DNA of 63,733 nucleotides, counting the filler, from Octopus bimaculoides (Eukaryota), in assembly GCF_001194135.2 (NCBI RefSeq). It is 5 parts of 5 records of this genome, joined end to end, with 100 filler letters (N's around TTAATTAATTAA, not from the genome) between each part and the next. Parts side by side here need not be neighbours in the genome. Positions count along the whole stretch, not along the records: positions 19,324 to 45,643 come from NC_068981.1; 4 more parts are not named here. One strand, 5' to 3'. The notes beneath the pieces were generated by a model that worked only from the letters and a program-made list of their open reading frames with translations, did not search any database and was not told the origin of the DNA. How positions within the stretch are numbered: the first letter of the stretch is position 1; each line of letters starts with the position of its first letter. Below are positions 27,050 through 39,807 of the stretch, one piece after another. The translations under genes were made by a program, and so were the position numbers.

Positions 27050-27865
27050 GCCCTTTCATAATCAAACTGCATCTCATCTTGGCTAACTCTCTCCCTAATT
27101 AGTTGGGCTATGACCCTTTCTATAACTTTTATCACCTGATCCAATAATTTGAAACCCCTGTAGTTATCTCTGTCTAAAGCATCACCTTTACCCTTGTAGC
27201 AGCCGACTATAGTCATTGGGTATGACTCCATCATGAACTACCTGATTTACGATGTAGGTGACAAGACCATAACCCACACTGCCCGACATTTTAAGCATCT
27301 CAGCGGTGATGCCTGATGGACCAGGTGCTTTCCTTATCTTCGTATCCTTAATATCTACCCGCGTACTTTCAATTCGGGTAGCTGGTCCCTCAATTGGGTC
27401 AACCTTTGGCAGACTCTCTTCCTATCATTCATTCCCTACATTCAGCTGTCTTTCATAATAGCATCTCCAAGCCTCTTTGTAGAATCATTAAATGCAAGTG
27501 CACCATCATCCATGCAGACAAATTTCTCTCCTATGACATCACGGTTTTCTCTCACGCACTATCTTGCAATCCGAAATATTTCAATTCTTTGGTCTTCACG
27601 TCGTTGAACATTGGCACCCTTTTGGCTATTTGATGCATTCTCCTGCTACCCCCACTCTTTCAGGCCTTCCAAACCTGTTTCTTTGTTCCAGTGGCCCTGA
27701 CTACAGTATTGTTCCACCACCATGTTACCCTAGGTTCTGAAGGAACTTTGCACCAGCCACAGATTTGGTCTGTGGCACTCAGCAAGCTGTCTCGCAGGAA
27801 TTCCCAGCTGCCTTTCATGTCACAAGGACTGTAGCTCCTCCTCCCTATCATCAAATTTCTCGGTA
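27050..27865 (-). mobile_element. RTE LINE fragment A (EN-RT linker to start of RT)
   Basis: WEFLRDSLLSATDQICGW...TWWWNNTV; YKGKGDALDRDNYRGFKLLDQVIKVIERVIAQLIRERVSQDEMQF. Confidence 0.9.
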
Positions 27866-27908
27866 AGGATATCCCCAAACCTCTGATCATGTGAAGGGTT
27901 CTTAAGCT

Positions 27909-27942
<34 letters not shown>

Positions 27943-28910
27943 CATACATACGCATACATACATATACATGCACACACNNNNNNNNNNNNNNNNNNNNNNN
28001 NNNNNNNNNNNNNNNNNNNNNNNNNNNNNNNNNNNNNNNNNNNNNNNNNNNNNNNNNNNNNNNNNNNNNNNNNNNNNNNNNNNNNNNNNNNNNNNNNNNN
28101 NNNNNNNNNNNNNNNNNNNNNNNNNNNNNNNNNNNNNNNNNNNNNNNNNNNNNNNNNNNNNNNNNNNNNNNNNNNNNNNNNNNNNNNNNNNNNNNNNNNN
28201 NNNNNNNNNNNNNNNNNNNNNNNNNNNNNNNNNNNNNNNNNNNNNNNNNNNNNNNNNNNNNNNNNNNNNNNNNNNNNNNNNNNNNNNNNNNNNNNNNNNN
28301 NNNNNNNNNNNNNNNNNNNNNNNNNNNNNNNNNNNNNNNNNNNNNNNNNNNNNNNNNNNNNNNNNNNNNNNNNNNNNNNNNNNNNNNNNNNNNNNNNNNN
28401 NNNNNNNNNNNNNNNNNNNNNNNNNNNNNNNNNNNNNNNNNNNNNNNNNNNNNNNNNNNNNNNNNNNNNNNNNNNNNNNNNNNNNNNNNNNNNNNNNNNN
28501 NNNNNNNNNNNNNNNNNNNNNNNNNNNNNNNNNNNNNNNNNNNNNNNNNNNNNNNNNNNNNNNNNNNNNNNNNNNNNNNNNNNNNNNNNNNNNNNNNNNN
28601 NNNNNNNNNNNNNNNNNNNNNNNNNNNNNNNNNNNNNNNNNNNNNNNNNNNNNNNNNNNNNNNNNNNNNNNNNNNNNNNNNNNNNNNNNNNNNNNNNNNN
28701 NNNNNNNNNNNNNNNNNNNNNNNNNNNNNNNNNNNNNNNNNNNNNNNNNNNNNNNNNNNNNNNNNNNNNNNNNNNNNNNNNNNNNNNNNNNNNNNNNNNN
28801 NNNNNNNNNNNNNNNNNNNNNNNNNNNNNNNNNNNNNNNNNNNNNNNNNNNNNNNNNNNNNNNNNNNNNNNNNNNNNNNNNNNNNNNNNNNNNNNNNNNN
28901 NNNNNNNNNN

Positions 28911-28960
<50 letters not shown>

Positions 28961-29169
28961 CTTTATATGTAAGGCAAAACAAAAGAAAAGACTGTCCTCA
29001 TAAATTATTTATTTGCGTCTCTTACATTTGATTAATGAGAAAAACGTGAGAACATCTCGGTAGATTGTATTGTCAAATCTTCAGAGAGCGCGCAACTCAT
29101 ATTAAGTAACCTCTAGTTTATACTGTTGGCAGACCACTTTTTTTACTGTTTCTTGTCATTTCCTTTATG

Positions 29170-30860
29170 AGTTTTAGCATCATGAGATCCGTCTACACTC
29201 CTTCTCCTATCATCCACGGTCTTCCTCTTTCACAAAATATTTCCACTTTGGTCGTCTGGCACTACTTTACCCAACTATCACCTTCGACATACGTCATATC
29301 CTCATTCCAGAGCAGTCTCCTCTCTCGTGCACTACATAACATTCCCCCGTTTTCCTTTCAGTTCATCTGTACATTTTCGTTTATGTACACCATGGAAACA
29401 TCCAGTGGTGCATGCGCACCTCGTTTCTTTCCAGTCTTTTCACATTCTTCGCATTCAGTACCAAAATTTTTCAACTAAGCAAAGTCCTCCTTCGTTTCCA
29501 AGAATCATCCAACCAAGTCTTTTCTTGCAGAAAGAATCCATTTCTTGCTGACTGCAACGTATTCCTCACCATCTGCTCGAGACGAAATCTACTTTCTCTC
29601 TCTTTACTCTTTTACTCTTTTACTTGTTTCAGTCATTTGACTACGGCCATGCTGGAGCACCGCCTTTAGTCGTGCAAATCGACCCCAGGACTTATTCTTT
29701 GTAAGCCTAGTACTTATTCTATCGGTCTCTTTTGCCGAACCGCTAAGTTACGGGGACGTGAACACACCACCATCGGTTGTCAAGCGATGTTGGGGGAACA
29801 AACACAGACACACAGACATATACACACACACATATATATATACATATATATACATATATACGACGGGCTTCTTTCAGTTTCCGTCTACCAAATCCACTCA
29901 CAAGGCTTTGGTCGGCCCGAGGCTATAGTAGAAGACACTTNNNNNNNNNNTAAGTTACGGGGACGTGAACACACCACCATCGGTTGTCAAGCGATGTTGG
30001 GGGAACAAACACAGACACACAGACATATACACACACACATATATATATACATATATATACATATATACGACGGGCTTCTTTCAGTTTCCGTCTACCAAAT
30101 CCACTCACAAGGCTTTGGTCGGCCCGAGGCTATAGTAGAAGACACTTGCCCAAGGTGCCACGCAGTTGGACTGAACCCAGAACCATGTGGTTGGTAAGCA
30201 AGCTACTTACCACACAGCCACTCCTGTGCCTGTCAGACATTTTTTTTATTCTTCATCCCAATACACCTTCAGTTCAACCTCAGTTCACCTTAGTTCACCG
30301 TGTCCATAACTACCCTTCCTCTACATACAATGTATGGCCACTCATTAAAAATTATTGTAAATTCCTGCTGTCTTTTCTGGCTAACTGAAACTTTTGTCAT
30401 TGCTAAGTTTACTTTGAGACCTCCTGATTCTGTGTTTTGCTTCTACATTTTAGATTCTTGCCTTTTAGCGATGAGAACTAGGTTGCCAATATGCAGAAGT
30501 TCCCACAGACAGTTTTAAACTCCGTTTTTATGGCCTGGAAGAGTGAGTGGAATGCTGAGACCAAACCCTCATGCTAAATTCCTCGTTGCATGTTAAATTC
30601 CTCACTGAACTCATAAACCAACTACTCCTTTCCTGACATTATCTTTGTACACGACTTTCAACGATTTCATTAGTCATTCATCTACTGCTAATTCACGCAG
30701 CGATCACTAGACTACATTGTGTAATACTTTGTCAAAAGCATTCACTGTATCAACGAATGGTGGCTTGCACTTAGCTAAAAACACTTCTCTAGTTGTCTCA
30801 ACGGGAAAAAGCGATCGGTGGTACTCCGCAGACCGAACGTCATCTCACATAAGCTAACTC
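29170..30860 (-). mobile_element. RTE LINE fragment B (RT core to C-terminus), interrupted by a SINE at 29590-30225
   Basis: decayed EM(T)FG..RSTTD..F.LRQL, AFDKV near 30730-30850; KRLERNEVRMHHWM near 29400. Confidence 0.75.
29590..30225 (-). mobile_element. SINE family A copy (197 bp duplicated across a 10-N gap)
   Basis: family A motifs; 29744-29940 is identical to 29951-30147. Confidence 0.9.
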
Positions 30861-31017
30861 ACTTCTTAATCAGTTGCACCGTACTTCTTTCTGGTTCTTT
30901 CATAAGCCAGAGCATCATTTTGATATCTCTATCGAGAGCGGCATATATATATTTTTGTCCGTTATTTATTTTATCATAAAACACAAAGTATTTTTAGGCT
31001 TTGGTTGATAAAAGTTT

Positions 31018-31400
31018 ATGTACATACATACATACATACATACATACATAGGCATGCATATATACATATATATACATACATGCATGCATACATGCATACA
31101 TACCTACATGCATACAAACATACATACCTACATGCATACATACATACATACATGCATACATGCATGCATACATACATGCATACATACCTACATGCATACA
31201 AACATACAAACCTACATGCATACATACATACATGCATACATGCATGCATACATACATACATACCTACATGTATACAAACATATATATCTACATACATACA
31301 TACATACATACATACATACATACACACATACACACACACACGCATACATACACACATACACACATACACACATACACACATACATACACACATACATACC
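31018..31400. repeat. (CATA)n/(CATG)n microsatellite
   Basis: direct reading. Confidence 0.95.
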
Positions 31401-31558
31401 GCAATTTGCTTGTTTTACAAGCACAATTGCGGTGGAATGGTTAGTGACCAGGTCGCTGAATAGATTTCTCTGTGTACTTAAATGGTTCGTCCAGGATGTT
31501 TGTGTGCGTGAGTGTGGTCTGTATTCCTATGTCTGTGTATATGTGTGCGTGTTAGTGC

Positions 31559-31599
<41 letters not shown>

Positions 31600-32153
31600 T
31601 ACATATATATAAACACACTTAAATGTATCTGTATATCTGTACATGTATGAGAATGTGTATGTATGACATGTATAAATGTGTATGTAACATATATGTCAAT
31701 GTTTGCGTGTTTTGTGTGTGTGTGAGTGTGTGAGTGTGTGAGTGTGTGTGTGAAAGAGTGTGCGTGTGTGTGTGCGTGCGTGTGTGTGTGTGTTTTTAGG
31801 GAAAGCCATATTTGAGTGTAAAGTTTCTCCTAATCTTTTGCATTCTGTCATTAGTCACCGAGTTCCCATCGACTCCATTCACGTCGCCACTTCTGCCGCA
31901 TCCTAAGCAGACTGTTGGTCTTCTCGCTTATTTTGGAAGCATTGATGTTACTGTTGCTTTTGTTGTTGCTGTTGTTGTTGGAGTTGTTATCGTCGTCGTC
32001 GTCGTAGTTGTTCTAGTTGTTGTTGTTGTTGTTGTTGTTGTTTTATCGCTGTGTTGTGCTCGTGGTGATTGTCCGCAATCAAGTTCTTACTGTGAACGCC
32101 TTCATTATTGCATCCAAAACACTCCAAAACACAGAGGAACCACCTTACCGACA

Positions 32154-33362
32154 TCTACGTGGCCGCTGTGCCTCTACGTGGTCGTTGTGCCTCTACGTGG
32201 TCGTTGTGCCTCTACGTGGCCGTTGTGCCTCTACGTGGTCGTTGTGCCTCTACGTGGTCGTTGTGCCTCTACGTGGTCGTTGTGCCTCTACGTGGNNNNN
32301 NNNNNNNNNNNNNNNNNNNNNNNNNNNNNNNNNNNNNNNNNNNNNNNNNNNNNNNNNNNNNNNNNNNNNNNNNNNNNNNNNNNNNNNNNNNNNNNNNNNN
32401 NNNNNNNNNNNNNNNNNNNNNNNNNNNNNNNNNNNNNNNNNNNNNNNNNNNNNNNNNNNNNNNNNNNNNNNNNNNNNNNNNNNNNNNNNNNNNNNNNNNN
32501 NNNNNNNNNNNNNNNNNNNNNNNNNNNNNNNNNNNNNNNNNNNNNNNNNNNNNNNNNNNNNNNNNNNNNNNNNNNNNNNNNNNNNNNNNNNNNNNNNNNN
32601 NNNNNNNNNNNNNNNNNNNNNNNNNNNNNNNNNNNNNNNNNNNNNNNNNNNNNNNNNNNNNNNNNNNNNNNNNNNNNNNNNNNNNNNNNNNNNNNNNNNN
32701 NNNNNNNNNNNNNNNNNNNNNNNNNNNNNNNNNNNNNNNNNNNNNNNNNNNNNNNNNNNNNNNNNNNNNNNNNNNNNNNNNNNNNNNNNNNNNNNNNNNN
32801 NNNNNNNNNNNNNNNNNNNNNNNNNNNNNNNNNNNNNNNNNNNNNNNNNNNNNNNNNNNNNNNNNNNNNNNNNNNNNNNNNNNNNNNNNNNNNNNNNNNN
32901 NNNNNNNNNNNNNNNNNNNNNNNNNNNNNNNNNNNNNNNNNNNNNNNNNNNNNNNNNNNNNNNNNNNNNNNNNNNNNNNNNNNNNNNNNNNNNNNNNNNN
33001 NNNNNNNNNNNNNNNNNNNNNNNNNNNNNNNNNNNNNNNNNNNNNNNNNNNNNNNNNNNNNNNNNNNNNNNNNNNNNNNNNNNNNNNNNNNNNNNNNNNN
33101 NNNNNNNNNNNNNNNNNNNNNNNNNNNNNNNNNNNNNNNNNNNNNNNNNNNNNNNNNNNNNNNNNNNNNNNNNNNNNNNNNNNNNNNNNNNNNNNNNNNN
33201 NNNNNNNNNNNNNNNNNNNNNNNNNNNNNNNNNNNNNNNNNNNNNNNNNNNNNNNNNNNNNNNCGTTGTGCCTCTACGTGGTCGTTGTGCCTCTACGTGG
33301 TCGTTGTGCCTCTACGTGGTCGTTGTGCCTCTACGTGGTCGTTGTCCCACAACGTGGTCGTT
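32154..33362. repeat. 19-bp minisatellite (CCTCTACGTGGTCGTTGTG)n spanning a gap
   Basis: about 7 units before and 5 after a 968-N gap; period 19. Confidence 0.95.
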
Positions 33363-34075
33363 GTACTTACTAAAAATAGTAGAAAAATCTGGCTCAAATA
33401 ATATTGAACTTTAAATAACAAGATAACATTGCACACTGCGTAGTTGAAATACACTGCGCTGAAAGTAAAAAGTTGAGATGGTCAATCCTGGATTGCATTT
33501 ATCTACACATGTGATCGATCTACTGGCCGTAGTTGTGTTTGTGTGGTGGTGAAGTTCGGTTTGCAATCACCAGCTGATTAATCGATGCAATCTGCACCTG
33601 ATATATATTACAAACAGAGGAGCGAACTCTTATCAAAAGTATCCATCAAATTTTCAATTGCAACAATGTCATTTGAGATAGATTTGTACTTATTCTTTGT
33701 TGTGTCTAGAGAGGGTCGTTACGCCAATTAAAATTAAAATAACCACACGCACTGGTTCAATACCACTTCTTTATTTTACCAACGAACTATTCAACACTCC
33801 AATAGTAAGAAATATCGAGAAACCACCTTACTAATATCATACGAGGGAGCCTCTACGTGGTCGTTGTACTTACTAAAAATAGTAGAAAATGCTCACTCAA
33901 ATAATATCCAACTTTAAAATAATAAGATGATGACATTGTACAAAGTAGTTGAAATGCACTGTGCTAGACGTAAAACGTTCAGATGGTCATGGCTGGACTG
34001 CATTTCACTACACATATGATCAATCTACTGGCCGTAGTGGTGTTTGTGTGTTCGTGAAGTTCGCTTTGCAATCCC
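33361..34075. repeat. Diverged tandem duplication (~210 bp shared, offset 503 bp)
   Basis: ttgtacttactaaaaatagtagaaaa...gatctactggccgtagt.gtgtttgtgtg..gtgaagttcg.tttgcaatc at 33361-33570 and 33864-34075. Confidence 0.85.
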
Positions 34076-34419
34076 CTTATTTCGCGTTAGAGCCACACTG
34101 CACAGCACTTAGCTGTCTTCTGTAATTGTATCTCTCTCTGTCGACCAACCAGTTGTGGGAGAATTTTGGTGTTCGGAAACTGAGGAAATTTGATGAACAA
34201 AGGCGGAAACTGTGTGGAGATTTAATAGACAGAAGCTGAGTTTTTTGGACAGAAACTGTGTAGAAATTTGGCTGGCGACCATTATGTGGAAATTTTGCAG
34301 ACAAAAACTGAGGGGACATTTAGATAATTATGTGTGTGTATTTGCGTATGCAATGTATGTGTGTGTGTGCATTATATTAAGGATGAGTTTGTCTTTTATA
34401 TTACTGTAACTTATAAAGC

Positions 34420-34620
34420 GACGACCTGGCAGAATCGTTAGCAAACTGGGCAAAATGCTGAGCAACATTTCATCCGTCTTTACGTTCTGAGTTCAAATTC
34501 CACCGACGTCGTCTTTGCCTTTCATCTTTTCAGGGTTCGATAAAATAAGTATCAGTTGGACACAGGGGTGATGTCATCGACTTACCTCCTCCGAAATTGC
34601 TTGTCGTGTGCCAAAATTTG
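34420..34620 (+). mobile_element. SINE family B copy
   Basis: ctggcagaatcgttagc...gttctgagttcaaattcc...ttgcctttcatc...gataaaataagtatcag. Confidence 0.85.
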
Positions 34621-34650
34621 AAATCTATATTATTCTAATTTATATTTCCA

Positions 34651-35120
34651 TGAAGTAGTTGTATGCTGTCAACTTAATGTGACAGTCCCCTGAAGGGAAT
34701 AATACTACTGTTGGTTAGACCTAGGAAGATGCACCGAGGACAATATAAATTCTAGTGAAATACATTCACTGATTTCAAATTTAGAAATAATACATTTCTA
34801 AATCTCTCATTAGAATTATTATATGTTCACAAGAGCTTGACAGGCATCTTCCACTAGCAGGTCATGCTACTCCACACTGATGACGAGCAAAGACTCAGAA
34901 ACATGTCTCTGGATGCAGGCTTAGCTGGGTGGAGGTGCTTGTCTCCCCCTTGTAAACATAAGGACACAGGAAATGTGTCAAGGCCGACAGGAAGCGGTGC
35001 AGCTTCCTAGGTCTAACCAACAGGGGACTGTCACATTAAGTTGACAGCATACAACTACTTCATCGTATCACTACTGCATAAATCTCTCTGAGAGATTTAG
35101 CAATGTATTATTTCTAAATT
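34651..35120. mobile_element. Penelope-like/retrozyme-like unit with interleaved inverted repeats around a hammerhead motif
   Basis: A 34651-34736 vs A' 34995-35062 (68 bp, 1 mismatch plus an 18-bp indel); B 34778-34808 vs B' 35090-35120 (31 bp, 1 mismatch). Confidence 0.6.
34871..34913 (+). ncRNA. Minimal type I hammerhead ribozyme motif
   Basis: TCCACA-CTGATGA-CGAG(caaaga)CTCA-GAAA-C-ATGT-C/TCTGGA: intact CUGAUGA and GAAA core, palindromic ACAUGU loop III, GUC cleavage triplet, stem I 5/6 paired. Confidence 0.65.
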
Positions 35121-35209
35121 AATATTTCCATCTTCCGTACTATTATATATACGAATTGTAATGTATAAGTTTTTGGCCCCTACCTCCTGTTTCGTGGCGA
35201 CATTTGACA

Positions 35210-35620
35210 ATAGCTGCTATGGACCCCTTCCTCGAGCAGGACTTGATCAAGCTCGAGGTGTTCCAAACGCGGTGTCTTCCTCAGATCCTTGTTGTCGCTA
35301 TACGACCGAATCTCAAACAGCAGCATCTGAGAACAATGCCAGCGCAGCAGCCAACCATTCAAGACCAAATCCGGCTGTGCAGGCTACAGTGGTTTGACCA
35401 CGTCTGTAGTACGAGCACCGAAAGACTACCACACTAACATTTGTGGGAAAGCGATCCCACCCACTGGAGAATTTCAGTACAGCGCACCAAAGAAGACATG
35501 GGCGAAACAAATTGAAGAAGACTCTAAAGTTGCAACGCCTCCACCACGAGCATGCTAAGGCCAATGCCATGGATGGGAAAGCGTGGAATAACTTCATCAC
35601 TAGAGTCCGTCATCCATATA
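35210..35620 (+). mobile_element. RTE LINE 3' fragment
   Basis: LEQDLIKLEVFQTRCLPQIL...IQDQIRLCRLQWFDHV...ERLP. Confidence 0.85.
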
Positions 35621-35689
35621 TCCACAGAAGTGTATTGATTGAGAGGACAGCCTCCCGTTCCGATCGCCATGAAGGGATCTTAATTAATT

Positions 35690-35900
35690 CTTTTATTCTT
35701 TTACATGTTTCAGTAATTTTATTGCAGCCATGCTGGAGCACCGCCTCAAGTCGAACAAATCGACTACAAGACTTATTCTTTGTAAACCTAGTATTTATTC
35801 TATCGGTGTGTTTCGCCGAACCACTAATGTTACGGGGACGTAAATACACCAACATCGGTTGTCGAGCAATGGTGGGGGAACAAACACAGACATATAAATA
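35690..35900 (-). mobile_element. SINE family A tail
   Basis: gccatgctggagcaccgcc...gccgaaccactaatgttacgggg. Confidence 0.85.
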
Positions 35901-35909
35901 AACACACAC

Positions 35910-35942
<33 letters not shown>

Positions 35943-36940
35943 NNNNNNNNNNNNNNNNNNNNNNNNNNNNNNNNNNNNNNNNNNNNNNNNNNNNNNNNNN
36001 NNNNNNNNNNNNNNNNNNNNNNNNNNNNNNNNNNNNNNNNNNNNNNNNNNNNNNNNNNNNNNNNNNNNNNNNNNNNNNNNNNNNNNNNNNNNNNNNNNNN
36101 NNNNNNNNNNNNNNNNNNNNNNNNNNNNNNNNNNNNNNNNNNNNNNNNNNNNNNNNNNNNNNNNNNNNNNNNNNNNNNNNNNNNNNNNNNNNNNNNNNNN
36201 NNNNNNNNNNNNNNNNNNNNNNNNNNNNNNNNNNNNNNNNNNNNNNNNNNNNNNNNNNNNNNNNNNNNNNNNNNNNNNNNNNNNNNNNNNNNNNNNNNNN
36301 NNNNNNNNNNNNNNNNNNNNNNNNNNNNNNNNNNNNNNNNNNNNNNNNNNNNNNNNNNNNNNNNNNNNNNNNNNNNNNNNNNNNNNNNNNNNNNNNNNNN
36401 NNNNNNNNNNNNNNNNNNNNNNNNNNNNNNNNNNNNNNNNNNNNNNNNNNNNNNNNNNNNNNNNNNNNNNNNNNNNNNNNNNNNNNNNNNNNNNNNNNNN
36501 NNNNNNNNNNNNNNNNNNNNNNNNNNNNNNNNNNNNNNNNNNNNNNNNNNNNNNNNNNNNNNNNNNNNNNNNNNNNNNNNNNNNNNNNNNNNNNNNNNNN
36601 NNNNNNNNNNNNNNNNNNNNNNNNNNNNNNNNNNNNNNNNNNNNNNNNNNNNNNNNNNNNNNNNNNNNNNNNNNNNNNNNNNNNNNNNNNNNNNNNNNNN
36701 NNNNNNNNNNNNNNNNNNNNNNNNNNNNNNNNNNNNNNNNNNNNNNNNNNNNNNNNNNNNNNNNNNNNNNNNNNNNNNNNNNNNNNNNNNNNNNNNNNNN
36801 NNNNNNNNNNNNNNNNNNNNNNNNNNNNNNNNNNNNNNNNNNNNNNNNNNNNNNNNNNNNNNNNNNNNNNNNNNNNNNNNNNNNNNNNNNNNNNNNNNNN
36901 NNNNNNNNNNNNNNNNNNNNNNNNNNNNNNNNNNNNNNNN

Positions 36941-37145
36941 NTGCTCCAGTCCACTCAGCTGGCAAAAATGAGTATTACCTGTATTTCAAAGGGCCGGCCT
37001 TGTCACATTCTGTGTCACGCTGAGTCTCCCTGAGAACTACGTCGTGGGTACATGTGTCTGTGGAGTACTCAACCACTTGCACGTTAATTTCACGAGCAGG
37101 CTGTTCCGTTGATCGTATCGCTAACGCCGTCGCTAACCGACGGAG
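36941..37145 (+). mobile_element. SINE family C copy
   Basis: homologous to 2010-2230. Confidence 0.8.
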
Positions 37146-38545
37146 TGCTCCTATTCAGTGTGTGTATGCGTGTTTGTGTGTGTGTGCGTGTGTGTGTTTG
37201 TGTGTGTGCATGTGCGTGTGTGTGTGTGTGTGCGTGTGTCCATGTATCAAGTGATGTATATCATTATTGCCAGAACTCCCTTTAATTTTTGAAACCCCAC
37301 CAAAACACGGAAATCCTTTCTGTACGGTTAAGAGGCTGCCTATAAAATGAAGATTGGTTTATTAGACTTGGCATCAGCCGTGTCTGGCGGAGCGGTTCGG
37401 CTCCAGGTTCCTGCAGACTTAACCCAGATTATCTCCTCTCTGTCTCCCGGCAACAGATAAGGGGGATCTGGGTACACTTTGGGTCACTCTGCTGTTAAGT
37501 AGCGGCATAGGTCGTTATAGGGTGCGGGGGAGGAGGGCGTGATCGGTGGGGGTGGGGTAGATTGGCGTCTTTCGTTGTGGAGGTATTATTTATTAATAGG
37601 GGTGGTGATTAGCAATNNNNNNNNNNNNNNNNNNNNNNNNNNNNNNNNNNNNNNNNNNNNNNNNNNNNNNNNNNNNNNNNNNNNNNNNNNNNNNNNNNNN
37701 NNNNNNNNNNNNNNNNNNNNNNNNNNNNNNNNNNNNNNNNNNNNNNNNNNNNNNNNNNNNNNNNNNNNNNNNNNNNNNNNNNNNNNNNNNNNNNNNNNNN
37801 NNNNNNNNNNNNNNNNNNNNNNNNNNNNNNNNNNNNNNNNNNNNNNNNNNNNNNNNNNNNNNNNNNNNNNNNNNNNNNNNNNNNNNNNNNNNNNNNNNNN
37901 NNNNNNNNNNNNNNNNNNNNNNNNNNNNNNNNNNNNNNNNNNNNNNNNNNNNNNNNNNNNNNNNNNNNNNNNNNNNNNNNNNNNNNNNNNNNNNNNNNNN
38001 NNNNNNNNNNNNNNNNNNNNNNNNNNNNNNNNNNNNNNNNNNNNNNNNNNNNNNNNNNNNNNNNNNNNNNNNNNNNNNNNNNNNNNNNNNNNNNNNNNNN
38101 NNNNNNNNNNNNNNNNNNNNNNNNNNNNNNNNNNNNNNNNNNNNNNNNNNNNNNNNNNNNNNNNNNNNNNNNNNNNNNNNNNNNNNNNNNNNNNNNNNNN
38201 NNNNNNNNNNNNNNNNNNNNNNNNNNNNNNNNNNNNNNNNNNNNNNNNNNNNNNNNNNNNNNNNNNNNNNNNNNNNNNNNNNNNNNNNNNNNNNNNNNNN
38301 NNNNNNNNNNNNNNNNNNNNNNNNNNNNNNNNNNNNNNNNNNNNNNNNNNNNNNNNNNNNNNNNNNNNNNNNNNNNNNNNNNNNNNNNNNNNNNNNNNNN
38401 NNNNNNNNNNNNNNNNNNNNNNNNNNNNNNNNNNNNNNNNNNNNNNNNNNNNNNNNNNNNNNNNNNNNNNNNNNNNNNNNNNNNNNNNNNNNNNNNNNNG
38501 TTTGAGGCACTGGGCATTTGACAGATAGAGATAACTGCGGCGCTT

Positions 38546-38577
<32 letters not shown>

Positions 38578-38599
38578 GGTGGTGGTGGTAGTAGTAGTT

Positions 38600-38645
<46 letters not shown>

Positions 38646-39774
38646 AAGAGGTGGTAGTGGTAGTAGTAGCGGTGGTGGTAGTAGTAGTAGTAGTAGCGGT
38701 GGTAGTAGTGGTGCTGGATGTTGCTTATATGTAAGGTCGGCTGGTAATTAGGATGTTATAGTAGTTGTTGTAGTGTTGGTGGCGGTGGTAGTATAAGTGG
38801 GGGTGGGGACGGTGATGGTAATGTGGTACCATTTCTTTCTCACCTCGACTCTCTCCCAGTCTCTCTCTCTCTCTCTCTTTTTCTCTCACTCTCTTCTCTT
38901 TCTCACTCGCTCACTCTCTCTCTCCTTTTATCTCTCCCCCTTTCTCTCTCTCCCCCTTTCTCGCTCTTCATCTTTCTGTTCCTCTATTTCTCCTTTTCAC
39001 CCTCTTAATCTCACTTTCTCTCTCTCTCCCTCTTTCTCTCTCACTTTCTCTCTCTCTCCCTCTTTCTCTCTCACTTTCTCTCTCACCCCCTCGCTTTCTC
39101 CCTTTCTTCTCTCTTCCTCTCACCACCACCACCTTCCCTATCGTCACCCTTCACTCCACCATCACCACTCTCTCCACCGCCACCAATCTCTCCACCGCCA
39201 CCACTCTCTTGACCACCACCAGTCTCTAGACCACCACCATCACCACTCTCTCCACCGCCACCACTCTCTTGACCACCACCACCACCACACGCTCATCCAG
39301 TGAGTTGCTACCTCTTACTCCAACTCCATCATCACCGTCACCAACGCCATCTCCTCAACCATCACTATCGCCATCACCACCACCACTAACACCATCCCTA
39401 CAAAGACCACCATCACGACCAACTTCATCACCAAACAATTCGTTGTACTTTAAACTTTTTAATGATTCCAGTGAATGTTACCACTACGCATAAGATTAAA
39501 ATATTTCCCAAAGACGCCTTTTGCATAAGACCCGTACAGTTAAGTATGAAAGTTTTAGTTGAAGAAATCAACTCCATTTCTTATTTCTTTCAGTCTTGTA
39601 GTTATTTTTTCTGTCTCTGCCAACGAACCGCTAATGTACGGGATGTAAACAAACCAGCAGCAGTTAAGCGGTATGAGAGACAAACTTAAATGCACACCAG
39701 TTTGATTCGGACCCCAAGCAACTTATGGTTTGTAGGTTTCTGACGGGAACCTAGTTCTTCAGGCTGAGTTAACC

Positions 39775-39802
<28 letters not shown>

Positions 39803-39807
<5 letters not shown>

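Noticed and set aside
29744-30147. Perfect 197-bp direct repeat
   Set aside because: Identical copies on either side of a 10-N gap; an unmerged contig overlap artefact
32154-33362. 19-bp array as a CRISPR-like repeat
   Set aside because: No spacers (head-to-tail units), eukaryotic context, no cas genes
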